DNA of 64,000 nucleotides from an uncultured Azospirillaceae bacterium (GTDB lineage Bacteria; Pseudomonadota; Alphaproteobacteria; RF32; CAG-239): NCBI GenBank assembly GCA_964410325.1, contig CAYPFN010000009.1, positions 1,585 to 65,584 of the forward strand, read 5' to 3'. Shown piece by piece: positions 61,104 to 64,000 of this stretch (position 1 is its first letter; each line of letters starts with the position of its first letter). The notes under the pieces were generated by a model. It saw only the letters and a program-made list of their open reading frames with translations, ran no database searches and was not told where the DNA came from. The position numbers and the translations under genes were made by a program.

Positions 61104-62220
61104 CTTTTCCAGCCTTCAAATTGATGACCGTAATGTCAGAAGGTGCCAAAAGCCGCATTGGCGGTCCCCAATATCCAGCACCTCTGGTAATATAAAGTTT
61201 GTGGCCATTTTCAATATCATCATACATGCCGGCCAAAAAGCCGTTAGCTTCTTTCGCTAAAAAATGGAACGGAAAAATCTGTCCGCCGTGAGTATGACCC
61301 GAAACTTGCAAATCAAATTTATTTTCTTCATCTTTAATTGTCCGTGGCGAATGCGACATAAGGATTTTATAGTTATCATCAGTAGCGCCAAACAGAGCCT
61401 TTTTATAATTAACGGTTGCCGAACTTGCATCAGGAACACCCGCCAAATAAATACCAGTCTGTTCTATTTCATTACCGGTATTATGCAGAACTTCAAAACC
61501 CATGTGCGTAAATTCAATCATCCACTTAATCGGCGCATTATAATATTCATGATTGCCGAAACTGAGATAAATTTTTTTAGCTTTGATTTTTTTTAGCTCC
61601 TCCATTTTTCCTTTCAGATTATCCGGCACATCATCAATTACATCGCCGACCAATAACACATAATCGGGATTTTGTTTGTTAATTTCCCCGATAATCTGCC
61701 GTATCTGCCACAAGGGCGTCGCGCGGTCAATGTGCAGGTCACTTGCCACAACAAGACGGGTATTTTCTTTAATCCGCTTATCTGTAATGTTGATATCCTT
61801 AACTGTCGGCGTTTTATTTGCCTCATATACACTGTACAAAGAAATCAGCAAAGCCAGAACAACCGTTATCAGATTATTACGGTGCAATAAGCGAACGTTA
61901 TCCGGGCTTAAGTCGGAGTTATGGGAAACATAATAAACGATATACCATATAACATCGCGGAAAAATAAAAGCATAAACAAAATAAAGGCCAGTCCCATTA
62001 AAAAGTAGGAACCTTTGGCAATAACTGCATACGCTGTGCCATCCAGCCATTTATAGTTGCGGATTGTATGTAAAATCATCGGGCTGAACCAGGCAACAAT
62101 CAGCAATATCAAAATCAGAAGTTTTGCCCATATCGGCAAATGACCATACCCCGCCAGCGTTTTATACGTAATCGCCAGACAAGCAAGCATGACAATCAGC
62201 ATTGCAATAAAAAATCCCAT
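61096..62220 (-). CDS. Membrane-anchored calcineurin-like metallophosphoesterase (YkuE/YaeI-like)
   Basis: About 4 N-terminal TMs; SDLH, GDVID, GNHEYY, MSH, SGHTHGGQ, GYWGPPMR. Confidence 0.9.
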   Translation of the reverse strand: MGFFIAMLIVMLACLAITYKTLAGYGHLPIWAKLLILILLIVAWFSPMILHTIRNYKWLDGTAYAVIAKGSYFLMGLAFILFMLLFFRDVIWYIVYYVSHNSDLSPDNVRLLHRNNLITVVLALLISLYSVYEANKTPTVKDINITDKRIKENTRLVVASDLHIDRATPLWQIRQIIGEINKQNPDYVLLVGDVIDDVPDNLKGKMEELKKIKAKKIYLSFGNHEYYNAPIKWMIEFTHMGFEVLHNTGNEIEQTGIYLAGVPDASSATVNYKKALFGATDDNYKILMSHSPRTIKDEENKFDLQVSGHTHGGQIFPFHFLAKEANGFLAGMYDDIENGHKLYITRGAGYWGPPMRLLAPSDITVINLKAGKDA

Positions 62221-62309
62221 TTCCTCACCTCTTTTGAAATAATATATATTTTATATCCTTATTTCGCAATAATATTTTTTACCATTGCAAATGTTTTTAT
62301 AGCATGTAT

Positions 62310-62912
62310 TTAAATGATTGCGGTGGTAGCTTCAACAACAGAAGATTCTACAGCCGGTTTGCGGCGATAGCAGCGTTTGCGCTTAACGACAGTAATATTT
62401 TCTGCCAGAGGCTTATCGTTGCTTTCATTTGCAACGTCGGCCTCCGCCTGTGGCTGAACTTCAATAACCTTAAATGCTTTTTTCGGAGTTGTTTTCAAAG
62501 TCTTTTCGGAAGTTTTCTTTTGTTCGGCAACAATAGTTGACGAATTTTCAAAAGTTTCGCTGGTTTGCGGATTTTCACCGATGCTTTTTGTTGCAGTATT
62601 TTCTTGGAGATCGTCCTGAGTTTTATTATCATTTTGTGTAATTGCTGCTGGCGCATTTTCGGCGCGAGCGTTTTTCCGTTCATTAATTTCAGTAACGATT
62701 TTACGATAATGCTCGGCATATTGCCGATAAATTTCCATTTCAATATAATCGCCAGAACCATGGGCTTCTTTAGCCAGTTCATTATACCTTTTGATTAAAT
62801 CCAATGCCGTGCCACTGACTTTGCCGGCCGGACTGATACTGTCAAACTTGTAATTAAGCGAATAGGCGTTGCTGTTGCCGCCATTGCCACGGAATTTGCT
62901 ATTTTTTTTCAT
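62310..62912 (-). CDS. DUF4167-domain protein
   Basis: FDS..P.GKV.GTA....RY..LA.EA...GD....E.Y.QYAEHY; follows prmC as in other Alphaproteobacteria. Confidence 0.8.
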   Translation of the reverse strand: MKKNSKFRGNGGNSNAYSLNYKFDSISPAGKVSGTALDLIKRYNELAKEAHGSGDYIEMEIYRQYAEHYRKIVTEINERKNARAENAPAAITQNDNKTQDDLQENTATKSIGENPQTSETFENSSTIVAEQKKTSEKTLKTTPKKAFKVIEVQPQAEADVANESNDKPLAENITVVKRKRCYRRKPAVESSVVEATTAII

Positions 62913-63030
62913 GTTTTATACAACCATATCGTAAGCTTAAAGCTTGGGTTAAAATATTAAAGAATAAAATGAAAAACGGCATTTCTTACAAAAAACGTAT
63001 GCCAACGATTGAATAATAGCCATTTTTTTT

Positions 63031-63888
63031 TCAAATGCAATCCTTTTTTCGAAAAATAATACATCTTTCTCTGCCAGTTAAATCCGGAAGTGTTTGAAGA
63101 TGTTCAAACGGCTGTCGCGTAAAGATTTCAATAATATCCTTTGCCTGATTAATACCGCTTTCCAATAAGATAAATCCGCCGTTGCAAAGCAGAGCAGGAG
63201 AAAGTTCGGCAATTCGCCGATAACTTTCCAAGCCGTCCTTGCCGCCGTCTAAAGCCAGCCTCGGGTCATAATCCTTAACTTCTTTATCCAGCAGATTAAT
63301 CTCAACATTGGGGATATAAGGCGGATTAGATACAATCATGTCAAACGGAGCGCTTGGCGCCATAAAGTCAGTGGCAAACCAGTCGGTTTGATAAAATTGG
63401 GCTTGTTGTAATGGAATGTTGAGAGCTACCTGATTTTGCCGGGCAATTTTCAATGCGGCGGCTGATTTATCAATGCCCGTTCCGCAAAGTGTCGGAAAAT
63501 CTTTCAACAGCGAGAGCAGAATACAGCCAGAACCTGTTCCCATATCCAATATGGAATGAACGGAATGCCGCCGGATTAAATCGGCCGCCGCCATCACCAG
63601 AATTTCCGTATCTGGCCGTGGCGATAACACATTTTCGCTGACTATAAAATCATATTTATAAAAGGCCTTATGTCCGATAATTTTATCTAAAGGTTTATGT
63701 TTTAAGCGTTCGGCGATCATCATATCAAGTTTTTGTTCTGCTGTTTCCGATAAAAAAACGGCATCTGTTACTTCATCGGCCTGAATATTTGCCACCGCCG
63801 CAATCAATAATCGGGCTTCCAGCCGCGGCGAAGAAATTTTTGCCTGAATAAGTTTGCAGATTGTTTTTTCATATACAGAATCGGACAT
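63031..63888 (-). CDS. prmC: Release factor glutamine methyltransferase PrmC
   Basis: PRPDTE, LDMGTGSGCI, SNPPYI, ALDGG.DGL. Confidence 0.95.
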   Translation of the reverse strand: MSDSVYEKTICKLIQAKISSPRLEARLLIAAVANIQADEVTDAVFLSETAEQKLDMMIAERLKHKPLDKIIGHKAFYKYDFIVSENVLSPRPDTEILVMAAADLIRRHSVHSILDMGTGSGCILLSLLKDFPTLCGTGIDKSAAALKIARQNQVALNIPLQQAQFYQTDWFATDFMAPSAPFDMIVSNPPYIPNVEINLLDKEVKDYDPRLALDGGKDGLESYRRIAELSPALLCNGGFILLESGINQAKDIIEIFTRQPFEHLQTLPDLTGRERCIIFRKKDCI

Positions 63889-64000
63889 TTATGCCGCCAT
63901 CCGCGCTTTAACTTCATCTGAAAGCTTTTCAAACGCCCGTTTTTCAATCTGGCGCACGCGTTCGCGGCTGATGTTGAATTTGCTGCCGATTTCATCAAGC
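63889..64000 (-). CDS. rpoH: Sigma factor region 4 C-terminus, RpoH-like (starts beyond the window)
   Basis: LDEIGSKFNISRERVRQIEKRAFEKLSDEVKARMAA*; the AFEK ending is typical of alphaproteobacterial sigma32. Confidence 0.7.
   Translation of the reverse strand, partial: LDEIGSKFNISRERVRQIEKRAFEKLSDEVKARMAA

Overview
Mostly core chromosome of an AT-rich Alphaproteobacterium. cckA, a mipZ-like gene, hdaA, DUF4167, M23-bactofilin and DUF2333 support the class. tRNA-His keeps G-1:C73, and a monomeric [FeFe]-hydrogenase plus many decaying gene remnants suggest an anaerobic, host-associated lineage (inference). Housekeeping genes include dnaK (3' end), rlmH, murJ, infA, lolA, rimP-nusA-infB-rbfA, an ABC-F, mutS, phoR, dsbD, msbA, smpB, pgm, dnaB, pepA, sua5, murF, nrdR, nusB, def, hfq-hflX, prmC and the 3' end of an rpoH-like sigma factor. 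Main non-routine observations: (1) a stand-alone CD38/ADP-ribosyl-cyclase-like protein ending a coupled metallophosphoesterase-HAD nucleotidase operon, next to a MITE with a perfect 8-bp target duplication; (2) an HNH nuclease-SUKH immunity pair with no recognisable delivery domain; (3) an APH/choline-kinase-like gene split at a C10 tract (possible phase variation); (4) a ~170-nt candidate structured RNA upstream of the hydrogenase; (5) an unannotated 53-aa gene with promoter, RBS and terminator. All assignments come from reading motifs by eye; no searches or folding programs were run.
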